Shown piece by piece: positions 37,955 through 50,739 of a stretch of DNA of 64,000 bases. Each line of letters starts with the position of its first letter. Positions within the stretch are counted from its first letter, which is position 1. The stretch covers positions 207,950,001 through 208,014,000 of the forward strand of contig NC_058368.1 in NCBI RefSeq assembly GCF_018350175.1. The letters are read 5' to 3'. Under the pieces are notes generated by a model, which searched no databases, was not told where the DNA came from, and was given only the letters and a program-made list of their open reading frames with translations. The translations under genes were made by a program, and so were the position numbers. The DNA comes from Felis catus. Taxonomy: Eukaryota.

Positions 37955-38160
37955 CAGAGGCAGTATAGTATAATATAAGAGCATGGATGCTGGCATCAGA
38001 TTTTGTGGGGTTGAATTCCAGTTGTGCTATGTGAGTTATGGCCAATTTCTTTGCTTCTCTTTTTCTCAGTTTCCCCAACTGTAAAATGGAGGAGAACAGG
38101 ACTTACCTCATAGGGTTGTTGTGACGATTGAATGAAATAATGGGTGTAAGTTGTGTAAAT
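37955..38160 (+). mobile_element. MIR
   Basis: AGAGGCAGTATAGTATAA..TAAGAGCATGGA...CTCAGTTTCCCCAACTGTAAAATGG...ACCTCATAGGGTTGTTGTGA. Confidence 0.8.
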
Positions 38161-38166
38161 GTTAAA

Positions 38167-38351
38167 TTTTTTTTCAAGTTGATTAATTTTGAGAGAGAGA
38201 CAGCAGGGGGGGAAGAGCAGAGAGAGGGAGAGAGGGAGATTCCCAGGCAGGCTCTGCGCTGACATGGGGCTTGAACTCATGAACCACGAGATCATGATCT
38301 GAGCGGAAATCAAGAGTCAGAGGCTTAACTGACTGAGCCACCCAGGCGCCC
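38167..38351 (-). mobile_element. Can-SINE
   Basis: TSD AAATGTTAA; ends CCCAGGCGCCC. Confidence 0.93.
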
Positions 38352-38769
38352 TTGGAAATGTTAACTTAAGATAAACGCACTCATTTGACGCACTCATTTG
38401 ACGAGTAGTTGCTGAGCACATACCACGGGGCCTGTATTGCCTTAGCTGTTGGAGAAAGGAAGGTGAACAATCGATAACACAGTTAGTTCTCTTGAGTAGT
38501 TGATACTTCTAATGTGAGAAGACCAGTATTACACAGTAGGCTTTGAAACAATTAGATACAACTTGCTTACTTTCTGTGAGGAAGTACAGGGTGATAGGAA
38601 TGGGCCTTTCTATATTCTCAGGGATCGGTAGAGTCTGACACATGCTAGGTGCTCAAGAAATTATTTCTGGAATTAATGAATAAATAATGACTTACCCGAA
38701 GAATAATTCCCATTTAGTGGATGACAAAGTACTAAAACTGAAGTCATCTAATTTCTAATGTTTCCGAAA

Positions 38770-38823
38770 TAATTTTTTAAGTTTATTTGTTTTGAGAGAG
38801 ACGGAGTGCAAGCTTGGGAGGGG

Positions 38824-38873
<50 letters not shown>

Positions 38874-39000
38874 CCCAGGCAGGCTCTGCAGAATCAACAC
38901 AGAACCTGATGTGGGGCTCAAACTCACAAAGCCGTGGGATCATGACCTGAGATGAAATCAAGAGTCGGTCGCTTAACCGACTGAGCCACCCAGGTCCCCC
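38770..39000 (-). mobile_element. Can-SINE with long (GA)n
   Basis: Ends GAGCCACCCAGGTCCCCC. Confidence 0.93.
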
Positions 39001-39202
39001 CCCCCCCGCCCAGTGTTTCTAGTTCACTCAGATGCCTTCTGTGAACAGGTTTCCTAAGATGTGAACATAGATGGCCAGGTTCAGAATTCTAACTTCTGTG
39101 TCATGATTACCAGCACTTCTATGTTTATCAAGTTAGGAAAAATGCCAATAGAATATCATACATTTGAGCCACTGTTTTTATATTCTTCAAAAGGAGTTTC
39201 TT

Positions 39203-39424
39203 GGGGCGCCTGGGTGGCACAGTCGGTTAAGCGTCCGACTTCAGCCAGGTCACGATCTCACGGTCTGTGAGTTCGAGCCCTGCGTCGGGCTCTGGGCTGA
39301 TGGCTCAGAGCCTGGAGCCTGTTTCCGATTCTGTGTCTCCCTCTCTCTCTGCCCCTCCCCCATTCATGCTCTGTCTCTCTCTGTCCCAAAAATAAATAAA
39401 CGTTGAAAAAAAAATTTTTTTTAA
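39203..39424 (+). mobile_element. Young Can-SINE (SINEC_Fc)
   Basis: CTGTCCCAAAAATAAATAAACGTTG tail; perfect TSD AAAAGGAGTTTCTT. Confidence 0.97.
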
Positions 39425-40199
39425 AAAAGGAGTTTCTTTATTGGTAGAGGTTTAGTCTTTTGAAATTTGGTATCTTTTGACTAGCAAGGGATGTGATTGA
39501 ATTGGTAAATCAGTGCTAAAAAGTAAAATGTTTTATCGCTCCCAAACCTAACCGAACAGACCCACCACTTAGCGCACCTCTGAGGCGTCTCTAACTTTGA
39601 TGACAAACACCTGTAGGAACACGTGGGCTCTGCAGCCCTCCCCATGGGGGACAGGGGTCGGGATGCACCATTCTGGGAGACTCAGGTTCAGCTGAGGGGT
39701 TACCACCTGTAAACACCGGACAAAAAGTTTTAAACAGACAGATAGAACCTTTCTCCAGGTATAGTTCGTGTTCCCCTGACTTCTTAGTCTGAAAGGCAGT
39801 GTGTCCGGTTTAGCATGATTGATGACAGCTCAAGAAATCTCCCCCATGGAAATTGTAGAGAGTGGGCAGCCCCAAACTGTTTCCGTCTGCTTTTACTGCT
39901 CTCACCTGTGAGAGCTTCTCAGCTGTGTAAGTTGGACGTGACCGACAAGGGCCAAACCTGTTTCCGCATCTATGTTTATAGGAACCCCCTTATCTGCTAA
40001 GGGTAAGTGCACTTTCGGACACCACGGGGCAGAACGATATTTGCAGTGCTTCGTGTCTAGTTTTCTGTGGGCACCCATGGAGGTGGGTGGTTGGCACTAT
40101 TCAGCTGTTCCGGCTGTTGACAATTCACATGGATAATTAAGCCTTCAAAACTCCATTTCGCTTGTCTCACAGAGTCCCCTGTTGTCCTCTCAAGGTCTG

Positions 40200-40370
40200 A
40201 ACCACATCTCTCCTTCCTCGACTTATTCTCTGTATCCCTCTTCCTCAATCCCTCTCTCTTCCCTTCTCACTGCCTCCCTCGCTCCTTCTCCCTCTCAGCG
40301 CTTTTCTGTTTCTTCTCTTTCTCTCCTTCTGCTCTTCTTTCGCCTTTCTCTCTTCCTCCCTCCTTCTGCA
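40200..40370. repeat. CT-rich low-complexity tract
   Basis: Direct reading. Confidence 0.8.
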
Positions 40371-41199
40371 ACCTTTGTCCGCCTTTGCAAGATCATGCTT
40401 CTCTTTCCCCGTCGGCAGAAACCTACATATGTAGCGTCTCATCTTTGTCCGCCGCTGCCCCACAGGTGAAGTCACGGAGTTTCTCTGAGGTGTGCCTCCT
40501 ACACCTGTCAGCTCTTTAGGACCTCAGATCTGGAGATACAGTGATGCCTGTTTAAGGACTAACTGGCAAGAACTCAACAGCTTGCCGAAGAGCTCTCTTG
40601 AAGAGAATGCAGTCGATGGTGTGCAGAAGCCCGCGAGGTTGTAGAATTCCCAACTAGCATCCCAAACTGTTGGGCCGACACAAGGACAATCAGAGAAGCC
40701 TGATTTAAAGTCAGCAAAGTAAAAACACAGTATTGGATCTGGGAAGAGTTGATGATAGCTCAACTAAGCATTACAAAGTGGGTTTGAAACTTCCTGTGGG
40801 AGCCCTGGGTTGGCCTGTCTTCCCACTCTGTGGACTGTGTGCCAGCAAATACATCTCCTTTTCATTTGTCAGCATCCTGCTTCTTGTTAGAGACTGGGAT
40901 TCCCGGCAGTGGGAGAGACCAGCGCTATGCACATCCTGTGCTCCCGCACCATCTCTGCACACATGCTTCGGAGATGCCGCTTGTTGTCCCAGCTACCTGG
41001 GCGGTGGCTGGGTCCGTTGCAGGGGCAGGTGGTGCCTGAGGACAAGTCCCTATCTTTCCCTGAGGCAGCTCCCCCATGATGTCTCCCTCCCCTCCCCTCC
41101 CCCCATATTCTTTGTTTTGGACCATTTCCTTTCTCCCTGAGCTTGCCTGGGCGACCACCCCTTTCATAGAACCAAATAGTTAAGCTTTAGGGGGTTCTG

Positions 41200-41590
41200 T
41201 TCCTCTTGCAGGGGAGTGGTACTTGAGGGGACATGAAGGAATGCTGGAAATGATCTCTATTTCGGTCTGAGTGGTAGTTAAGTGAGGGTGTGCATATGTA
41301 AATAGTCATTGAGCTATACATTTAAGATTGTACATTTCAATGCGTGTAGGTTATGCCATAAAACAAAAAGTAGAGGAAATCTAGAACTGGCAGATCTGGG
41401 TTTGAATCCCCTTAGGGTTGTGTGACCTCTGACTCTTGCCAAGCCTACATTTACCCCTGTAAACAAACGTAGATACGGTACCTGTCACATTGGTAGCTGA
41501 GCACATGATGGGAAATAAAACACACTCAGCAGCATGTGAAGTGCTTGGTACAGGATTAGTGCTCAATAATGGATTGCAAATATCATCATG
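41200..41590 (+). mobile_element. L1ME 3' tip followed by MIR
   Basis: GTCATTGAGCTATACATTTAAGATTGTACATTT then CAGATCTGGGTTTGAATCCC...GTGCTCAATAA. Confidence 0.6.
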
Positions 41591-43099
41591 GTTGGAGAAA
41601 ATTATTCTCCGAACATGATAACACATGCAAACGTTTTGGGTTAACACCTCTCCCGACATGTTGGAGCATCTGAACACCATCTTTCAAGGCCTTAACTCAA
41701 AGGTGAGACTACAAGTGGGAATTTTAGGCACCGAGGCAGGCTAACAGAAGAAAATTCTTGGGCAAGGAGCCCGAACGTGCTCTTTAAACCACACCAGCAG
41801 GGCAGCCCCAGTCACCTGGCCGGACCGCACAGGTCTTACCTGTGATCACACCCATTACAGCCACGTGTCTTGAGTCCTGGAGGCAAATTCTGATGAATTC
41901 ATTTCTGGCAAATAAACTCCACTCATATGCAAAATGTAAACGTCTGATCTATGCACCCTGACACCAATGCTGAGAAACGCAGCTATGACTAATAGCGTTA
42001 TTTCCGCTCAGCCCTGGAAAATCGGAGCCTTCCTGATTCTTTTTCTGCCATTATTAAAATCTGTTTTACTATGACCAGGAAATGGAGGAGACCCCTGGTA
42101 TTTATTGCTGACCTCTACTTTGCTTGAAACTACTTAGACATCCATAGAACTACAGAGTTCTAGAGCCCTGGGAAGTCTTTAGCGTTAGCTTCATTGCTTT
42201 ACAGATGAAGCAGGAGGAGAAGTAACTTGCACGAAGTTCATTCATCTTCAATAAGGATTTATTCAGTGACCATGTGCCAGGATTTGCGGTAGAGACCGGA
42301 TTACATAAGCTGGCGTGGAAAATTTCTTCTAGCTGTCTTCCAGAGCTCTCCCGAGCCAGACTGTCACTCAGATCAGTGCTGCCTGAGATGCACTGGTGCT
42401 TCGGTAGAACAGTAATCTAGACTCCAGGCTAAGTTAAATCATCAAGGGAGAAGCGGGGTCACTGCCAGCTGGCATTGCAGACACACAGGCTTTTTTGTAC
42501 ACAGGTAAGTGTCTATGGCCTGAGCGGGGTAGGGGGACGCCCTCTTCACGGTTGCTTCCCTGCCTCCCTCTCATCACAGAGCTCTTTGGGGCATCGCCTT
42601 TGTTTCTTGACTTCCTGAGGTTTAGGTTACTCTGTATAGTCATTCCATTTGGAGGTCACCCACCTAAATGTGCCAGAGAGAGAAAACGGAACACACAAGG
42701 GGACCGGCCCTAGTCTCCACACTCCCTGCACCATGGCCCTGAAGCATTGACTGTGGGGCATCAAACCTCATGCCTTTAGACAAGTAACCTAAGCTAGTGA
42801 AGGGCAGGTACACGGCACCAGCATGTCAAGGGCTGTGGCAAACCAGAGAGAATGCAAGCTGCCTAGAGGGACAGTCTGTCACCACTCGGCTCAGAAAGTT
42901 TTTCCATGGAAATTACAGACTCAGCATTGTCACATCTTCAGATTTTTCAAGATAAGTCAGGAATTTTGATGTTTCCCAGGTTTTTGAAATCATCCTGTGG
43001 GTCAAATAAGAACCAGTAGTCGGCTTCTGGGACAGGCAGGAGGCAAAAGAAGAGGACCCTGGAAAACCTAATATGGAGTTCAGACTTGATCCTACAACG

Positions 43100-43390
43100 C
43101 AGGGATGCAAAATGGTACAGCCCATTTGGAACACAGCTTGGTAGTTACTTATAAAGTTAAATACCCGTTTGTCATATAGCCCAGAAATGCCACTCCCAGG
43201 TATTTACCCAAATAGAATGAAAACTTACTTTCACACGCACACACAAAACTGAGTTTTTACACCAGCTTTTTCTTATTCACAAGGAAAGATCTGTTCTATG
43301 TTTTGAATGCCGTGGTGGTTACGTCACTAGGTGCGTTTGTCAAAATCGCGCATTCTAAAGAGTGATTTTTACTGTATGGAAATGACTCTT
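43100..43390 (+). mobile_element. Old L1 ORF2 C-terminal/3' fragment
   Basis: GGGATGCAAAATGGTACAGCC..TTTGGAA...CCACTCCCAGGTATTTACCCAA..AGAATGAAAAC. Confidence 0.75.
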
Positions 43391-43399
43391 TAGTTCAAA

Positions 43400-43760
43400 G
43401 AACTACGGGAAACCATTGGAGGGTTTTCAGCAGGAGAGAAACACTGTCGGCTCTGTGTTTCCGAAGGGTCACTCTGACGGGGGGGGGGGGGGGACGGCAA
43501 GAATGAAAATGGGAGCCACAGAGACGTGGATAGCAGTGGACTACGTGAGAGGTGACAGCAGCTTGGACAGTGCTGGCAAAAGTAGGGGTAGAAGAAAGTG
43601 AGGATTTGAGACTCACTTAGAAAACAGAATCAGCAGGGCTCAGTAATTCATTAGATATGGGGAATGGGAAAGAGGGAGGTGTCAAGAATAATGCTGGGGA
43701 ATTTGGCTTAGGGGCAACTGCATGGACAGAGGTATCGTTTGCCATAAATGAGTAGCACTT
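43400..43760 (-). mobile_element. L2 fragment
   Basis: GGGAAACCATTGGAGGGTTTTCAGCAGGAGAG...GAAAGAGGGAGGTGTCAAGAATAA. Confidence 0.7.
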
Positions 43761-45055
43761 TTGGGGAGGAGGAGCCCGCCCTGGGAAGCACACGGTGCAA
43801 GGACATAGGAGATGACAGTGCACTGTCTACACTGGGAGTATGCTTCATGTTTTCATTTGTGTGGTGAGTTTGTTCTGTTTTATTTTAGCCAGGTAACCTC
43901 ACTGCCTTCTTCTCGAGTCCTCTTCGCAGCCATGACCCAAGATCATCTTGAGAGTTACCTTTGAGACTTAATGTTCTGTAGCATCCGAATACTTTCAACT
44001 TGGTGCTGCCATTTGGCTGGTTAAGACATCGTGTCTATTCAATTTATGCAGGTACAGCTATATGATCAAGATAGTTATTAGATTAGAGGGCGGAACATTC
44101 CGCATTCGGGCTATCATTTCCAAGGCAATGAGAGATATAGCAAAAAAAAAATTTTTTTCAAAGAAAAATTGGTATGCAAGTCCTAGAATAGACAGCACTG
44201 TCTCCCTCATAGAATCTTTAGCACCTGCACATGAATGTGGCTTGGGTGGTTTGGCCTGGACAGAAGAACAATGGGCTTCCCCATTCTCCTTTGCTTGGTC
44301 AGCCCCTTCCGTTCCCTGGCCTAGATAAAGCTCGAGTTTGTATCTCCGGCCAAACCACCTTCGGCTGTTTTCACGTGGCCCCAATTCCGTGTGGTCTGGC
44401 CTGGCAAAGAGAAACCTAATCTGAATTAGTGTGGTTCATGGGCTGGAGATGGTAGGTTTCTTTCAGAACCTTCAGAACTCCCAATGAATGTTATGTCATC
44501 GATCCCAAAACATTCTTGTGATGGTAATTGGAAATTCTTGCCTGTATTTATGATAGGGAAGCTGGAATAAAGAGACATTCATTCCAGACAAATCAGCTTA
44601 GATTCTAAATGGCAGAGTATTGGTTCCTTACTCTTCCTAAAACATCTTACCCTTGCGATAGAGACGTGTTGCAACTTTATGGGCTTTCTAAACGTCAAAT
44701 TCAGTGAAACTGCTTCTTAATGGGTGGGTTTATGAGATGGTTTTGATGTTCTTTATGACCGTCCATGTTTTCTGGTTTTCCTGTAATAAGCATGTGTTAC
44801 CTTTATAATTGGGAAGAACATGAAAGGAACTTATTAAACACAGTGTGCACAGTATGAAACCTTTTTTAAAGAAGAATGTACATATGAGATTATACATCCA
44901 AATGTTAATAGCACTCATCCTGTCTGGGAATATGGGCAATTTTTCTGTTTTTCCTAGTGCTTTGTATTTTTCCTCTTTTTTTTTTTTCTAAGAATCCACA
45001 TTACTTCTGTAATCAGAAAAAAAAAAAAACCTATTCTTTAAAAAAACGTCATGCA

Positions 45056-45245
45056 GGGGCACCTGGGTGGCTCAGTGAGTTAAGCGTTTGACTTCGGCTC
45101 AGGTCATGATCTCCCAGTTCATGAGTTTGAGCCCCTCACTGGGCTCTGTGCTGACATCTCAGAGCCTGCTTCCAATTCTGTGTCTTTGCTCTCTCTGCCC
45201 CTCCTTTGCTCACACTCTGTCTCTCTCTCAAAAATAAACATTAAA
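45056..45245 (+). mobile_element. Can-SINE
   Basis: TSD AAAAAAA(C/T)G(T/C)CATGCAG. Confidence 0.95.
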
Positions 45246-46214
45246 AAAAAAATGCCATGCAGCCTTCTTCTCCTCAGTTAATGTAGTAGAAACCGTGAGG
45301 ATGAGGAAATCGGGCTTTCAGTTCTGACTGGAAAGTACCTAGCTTAGTGACTCGAGGCAAGATTCATCCAGTGCAATGACCCCTTTCCATGGCTTTAAAG
45401 AGAGGCCATAATATTAGTGCAGCCTCCCTCCCTCCCATCAGTGTCAGGTCCCAATGAGCTGATGCATGTGGGGGCACTTGGAAGGAAGATACTGAGCTGG
45501 GTGCCATTGTTGGTCCTGCTGGCCCACAGATACTGTGTTCAATATTACTACGGGAACATGTTGTAATTCAGAGGCACATTATTTTTATTTTGAGGGAAAT
45601 GGCTAAATCAGTTATTAAACCAATCTCCTATACTTTGGCACTTCCTGCACCGGCTGATGTCATGGCAGAGTGGAAAGCGGAGGAGGTTTGTCCCTATGTG
45701 CCTGGGCGTCCTGCTGCCATCCAGGGTCGGGGCAGAGGGATCTGGCCAAGAGCCCGTGGGGTGCGGGAGGCCGGGGTGCCGCCAGCTCTAGGACAGGGCT
45801 GGCCCCCCATTGGCCGGGCAGAAGCCCAGCTTGAACAAGGATTCTAGGAAAGCCGCAGAAGCTGCCCCTCTGAGTCTTGTTGGCTGCCATGCCTGAATCT
45901 TCCACAGACAGTCAGACCCTCTGACCAGCGAAGCCCAACTCTTGGCTGCACGCTGATAGAAAATCTATGGCTGAGTAAGACGGCTCCATCAAGAGATGGA
46001 GAACTAAAACGTTGTTCTCTTCCGGTTAAAAGTCATGTAATTAGCAGTGTTCAGTCAAATAGTTTTATGGCCACAATGATTGACACAGATTCTCTAGAAG
46101 AAGGAAGAAAAATGACCTGGAAAGAACAGCTTAGAGATCAACCTGTTCAAATAGAAGAGATTTCATATATATGATTGGCAAGATTTATATTTCTTCAAAT
46201 CTGTAGTTTTACTG

Positions 46215-46424
46215 AGCCCAGTTCGTTAAGCATTTGACTCTTGTTTTGGGCTCAGGTCATGATCTTGTGGTTCATGGGTTTGAGCCCTGTGTTGGGCTCT
46301 GCCCTGGAGGTGTGGAGCCTGCTTGGGATTCTCTCTCTTTCACTCCCTCTCTGCCTTTCCCTGTTCGTTCTCTCCCCCCCTCTCTCTCTCTCTGTCTATC
46401 TCAAAATGAATAAACTTTAAAAAA
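46215..46424 (+). mobile_element. Can-SINE with degenerate or truncated 5' end
   Basis: GCTCAGGTCATGATCT...GGAGCCTGCTTGGGATTCTCTCTC, (CT)n, A tail. Confidence 0.9.
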
Positions 46425-48239
46425 TATTCTCTTGATATTTCTCTCTGTCTCCCCAGGGATATAAATAGGAATTACATAGTCTGAAAATTCAACTGATTTC
46501 AAGTTTCTTCTGCAGCCAAGCACTAGTGAAAGAGGGGAACACTGTTTTCAAAAGCTTATATTATGATGCCCCTTTTGTTAAGACTTCTTTATTGTTAAAT
46601 GATTGGTGGATCTAAGGGTCCTTGAATTGCTTTTCTGTATTATACCTGGTTTATTATTCCATACCCCTAAAAGAAAAGCAAGCATTTCCCACACTTTCCA
46701 AGTAATTTTAGGAATTGTCCTATGGTTAGAAAAGACAAACAAAGCTTAAGCTTCTGGATATTAAAACTGAATGTTGGAAAACAGCTTGAGGTAATTTGAT
46801 TGCTTAAATTTAATCGATTACTTACTTTAATTACAGTGTTCTCCTTTTAAAAATCAGTGTGACTGAGAAGGACTGCATTTAAGGCAGCCCAGAGAGGTGG
46901 CCAGCTCTCTTACTTCTGTAGCACGATATGAATGAGGATGGTCCTATTGACTCAGGCTCCAAAGCTGAGGGCAGAAGGTGCTAGAGTATCAGTAAGACTT
47001 GCTAAGAACTTGGAACGAGTTTTGCCACCTATAGCATATCACCCACCCTCACCTACACACAAAAAAGGCAATAGCAATGCTGTGAGGTTAGTGAGAGAGG
47101 ATTCCCCTGAGCAGAATATTTCCGCCCCTCTTCCTACTCAAATCGAGTGTGTGATAGGAGCTGGGAAAGGGTTGAAGATATGGGATGTTGACTACTCACC
47201 TCCAAACTAGTTGCTTACATAACTACAGAAACCCAAGATGGCCATGGATTCAGAGAGAACTCTCAGGGAAGTTTGACAAGTGTTGTCTGGAGTTGGCAGG
47301 GCACAGAGCCTGCAAAGTCTGAAGGGGAAATATTGATAGACTTGTCCCCAGTGTAGGGTGAAGAGAGAGGCCAAAGGGACAGCAAATAACACTTCCATCT
47401 GTTGCAGGCAGGGGTGGGTGTCACCCTCTCCTCTGTAGGTCAGGGAGGACATCTCAGATAAAATCCAGGCTCTGGTTGCCTTGAAAGGACCCCACCCAAA
47501 GGGTCTGCCCATAGGGACTAGACAAACCGGCAGAGACTGATGGGTCAGCTGTCCTATAGGAGCTAAGGGGATCGTGAGTGGTCAGCTAGGGGATATTACT
47601 CTCTTCAGGGAGATGTCTCCAGCAAGGAGGTCTCCAAAAACCAACAAAAGTGATGTAAGAAAGAAAAAGCCATTGTTTGTCAAGTAGTGGACGCCATGAC
47701 CATATTGGTCCGATGCTGGTCAAATACAGCTTTTTGCCTCTCTGCCCCTCCTCCCTCTCCTTGCCCTAGTTCTGGAGTAGTTAGAAGCAGCAGAGTAAGT
47801 TGAGGAGAGGGTGTTTTAGGGTAAGTAAGGAACTGGTCCATACCCACCTCCCTTCCTTAATTCAAGTATTTGAGTTCGGGTCAGGCCTGAACGGGGGAGG
47901 AGGTGCGCTTTGAAAATATACGGGAGATTGAAGTTTTGTGTTAGATGAACTGGACTTTTTAATATTTGAAAATGAGAAATCCTTGATATCTGACAGACTG
48001 AAAAAGATAAGGGGTTCCATGACGCTCTAGCCCCTGAGCAAGGATTCCAGAGAAAGGTGTCTTTGCGCACTGCATGCGGTGTTGGTACTCGGTGTGTAAA
48101 AATAGTTGCTTTATTTCTGTAACACAACTGAACTGACCTCTATCTTTGATAACCCGATCTAACCTATCTCTGGAGTTGAAGAGCTCCTGTCTTCTGCTCA
48201 CTCTGCAGAGATTTTGATGGGAAGAGCTGTGTAGATAGT

Positions 48240-48420
48240 CAGCTTAAGAACATAGAATCCAGAGGGGCATGCTTGAATGTAGGATATGCATTTTCTAGTC
48301 AGCGAGCAAATCACTTAACCTTTTTAAGCCTCAGTTCCTAACTCTGTAAAATAAGAATAGTGATGCTTGACCATGCATCTCACAGAATTGCTATGAGGAG
48401 CGAATCAGAGAGTGGACAGG
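48240..48420 (+). mobile_element. MIR relic
   Basis: GCAAATCACTTAACC..TAAGCCTCAGTTCC..CTGTAAAATAAGAATA. Confidence 0.7.
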
Positions 48421-49134
48421 TTAGATTTATGTGGACCGGACTCTGGAATGAGTTCCTAAAATGACCCCAGTTTCAGGAGCTGCAGAAGCTTTGACGCTAA
48501 GTGACTGACATATCCCAGAGGGCACCCCATGGTTGATGAACTGTTTTTCTTCCCTTTATTGAATATCTCAATGTAAAGTCTGTGGCAGAATAGGTCAAAA
48601 TACCGGTTATGACTTAATTAACTTAAATGTGTGTCTATATGACATTTAGGTTAGTATGATGATTATCCCTATGGGCTTATTTGTTTTTATAGCTATGCAC
48701 ACTTTTCATTCTTGAGAACCCCAAGGAACAAAATGTTATTGGCATCCTCTCCAGCAACAAAGAACAGCTGCATCTGTTTGGGACATTTCCCAGGCCGCTC
48801 CTTCCTCCATGTGTGATGGATACCGTTGATCTGTCGACCCAGCCCTGAAGAGGGAGCTTGGATTCTCACCAGCCTCCTTTGCCAACACTCATGCAGCTGC
48901 TGGGTATGCCAGGTGGGTACTCTACTGGGTTTTACAACCCACGGCGGTGGCCCTAGGTGAAGAGAGCTCCACCTGCCCTGGGCCTTTCCTCTAAAGGACA
49001 CAGGGGTGACACGGAGCCACAGTGGAGGGAAGTCCTGGAACATCCCTGCTTCTACAAGCACTGATCTCATTCCGACAACCGCCGCCATATATAAAGGGAT
49101 CAGACTGTTAAAGCTGGAAGAGTCTTCAGAGAGT

Positions 49135-49319
49135 TGAGTGGGTCTCCACTCTGGCTGCCTGCTAGAATCTCCTGAGGAGATTTTGAAAAAACTTGATGCC
49201 CTACTCAGCCTCGATTCTGATACTCTGATTTAACTGAATTGGAACAGGGTTCTGGCAGTTGGTGCTTTATAGACTCTCTCCAGGGTTGAGAACCATTAAC
49301 GTCAGGACTGGAACCACTG
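49135..49319. mobile_element. MER5 relic
   Basis: GGCTGCCTGCTAGAATCTCCTGAGGAG...CTCTGATTTAACTG...CAGGGTTGAGAACCA. Confidence 0.65.
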
Positions 49320-49559
49320 TCTCAATTCTTCATTCAGATAATTGAAGATAACATGGCTTTGGACTTAGACATCTTTGAATTTTGAATTCTGCCTCATTTA
49401 CTCATTAATGAAGGCCTTGAACAAACTCTTGAAATTCTCAATTTCCTTGCTCATAAAGGGGAAAAATGACACTCAGAACGTTTTGGGAGAAATTAAGTGT
49501 GAAGGCTTATGTCTGTTTTCTGCACTCATTGTAAGCAACTTGAAGATAGAGACCATCTG

Positions 49560-49810
49560 ATAATAAAAATAACATTTAATTGAGCAACTCCTATTTGTCA
49601 GGCATGGCAAGTACAACATTTAAATTATCTCACTTAAGACTCACAAAACAACTGTATATAAGTTAAAGAACAATTTCATGCAATGAAGCAAATAAGACAA
49701 AGATAAGTTAACTGTGTATGCCCAGGATCTCACAGGCTACAGCAAAGCCAGGGTTTGAACTCAGATCTTTCTGACTCCAGAGTTTGTCGTCTTAATCAAT
49801 GCACTTTAAT
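49560..49810 (-). mobile_element. MIR
   Basis: AACATTTAATTGAGCAACT...GCAAAGCCAGGGTTTGAACTCAGATCTTTCTGACTCCAGAG. Confidence 0.75.
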
Positions 49811-50739
49811 CTGTAATATCTCCCTAGCCTGTGCTAAGTGTTGTTTCCCTTTCCTGTAGCACAGTGCCTGCCACATGGAAGGTATTCAATAAATATGCAA
49901 TAAATGGATAAAAATTAAAATATGTAAATGAGTAAGTACCTAGCTCATGGTAGATAATCAGTTAATGTTATTACTCTGTTGATCAGTCTTCTCTGCTAAC
50001 ACTATCAGATAAAAAGGTTTTACCTTCGACAGAAGCTATAAGCAATAAGAAAATTATAATGTGCCTTCTGTTATTGCCATGACAAAATGAGAAAGTAGGC
50101 TAGCAACAGATCAATCCCATTCTTTCATATACTGTTAGGCAGGATATGATTTTAACTTGGAGCATGTTGATAGCTCAGATCAGAAAAGCAAACATCAATT
50201 CACGTGAGTTTTAGAGTCCCATTAATCCTCCAAATTGTTATTTGGACACTAGCTGTCAGCATATTTTATGTAGTTCCTACATGTATTCTGAACACAGCTG
50301 TGCTAAAACTCTGAGGGCTTATTTTAACACATGAGAGCAGCTTGGAATAGTCGGAAATGCATGATATGTGGAGTCAGCAAGCCTGAGTTCAGGTTTTGGC
50401 CATCCACTTACCAGCTGTGAAGCTTTAAGCCCAAGCATCTCAAATGAAATATTCATGCCCTAGAGGTTTGGGACATTATGCTGGAAGGTCTCAGAGATTC
50501 AGGATAAACACAATGCATTCATTCATTTATTAAGCAAATATTTATTGAATGCCAGGCATTGTATTTCAAGTGAAATGAACAGGACAGATAAGGTCCCCGT
50601 TCTCACGAAGCCTTAGATTCTTCAGAAAGACATCATTTCAGATACAGATTAATTTTATTAAAAAAAAAAAAAAAAAGACAACGTGAAGTTATTTTTTAAA
50701 GGCCTGGTAACAAATTTATTTTGAAAGGCTTGGAAATGG

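Noticed and set aside
38375..38403. 13-bp tandem duplication ACGCACTCATTTG x2 (similar small ones at 6104-6129 and 15424-15446)
   Set aside because: Ordinary slippage duplications with no sign of function
40466..40489. Possible 24-nt micro-exon VKSRSFSE
   Set aside because: Weak donor (GTGTGC), no neighbouring coding exons, peptide not attributable to a known gene
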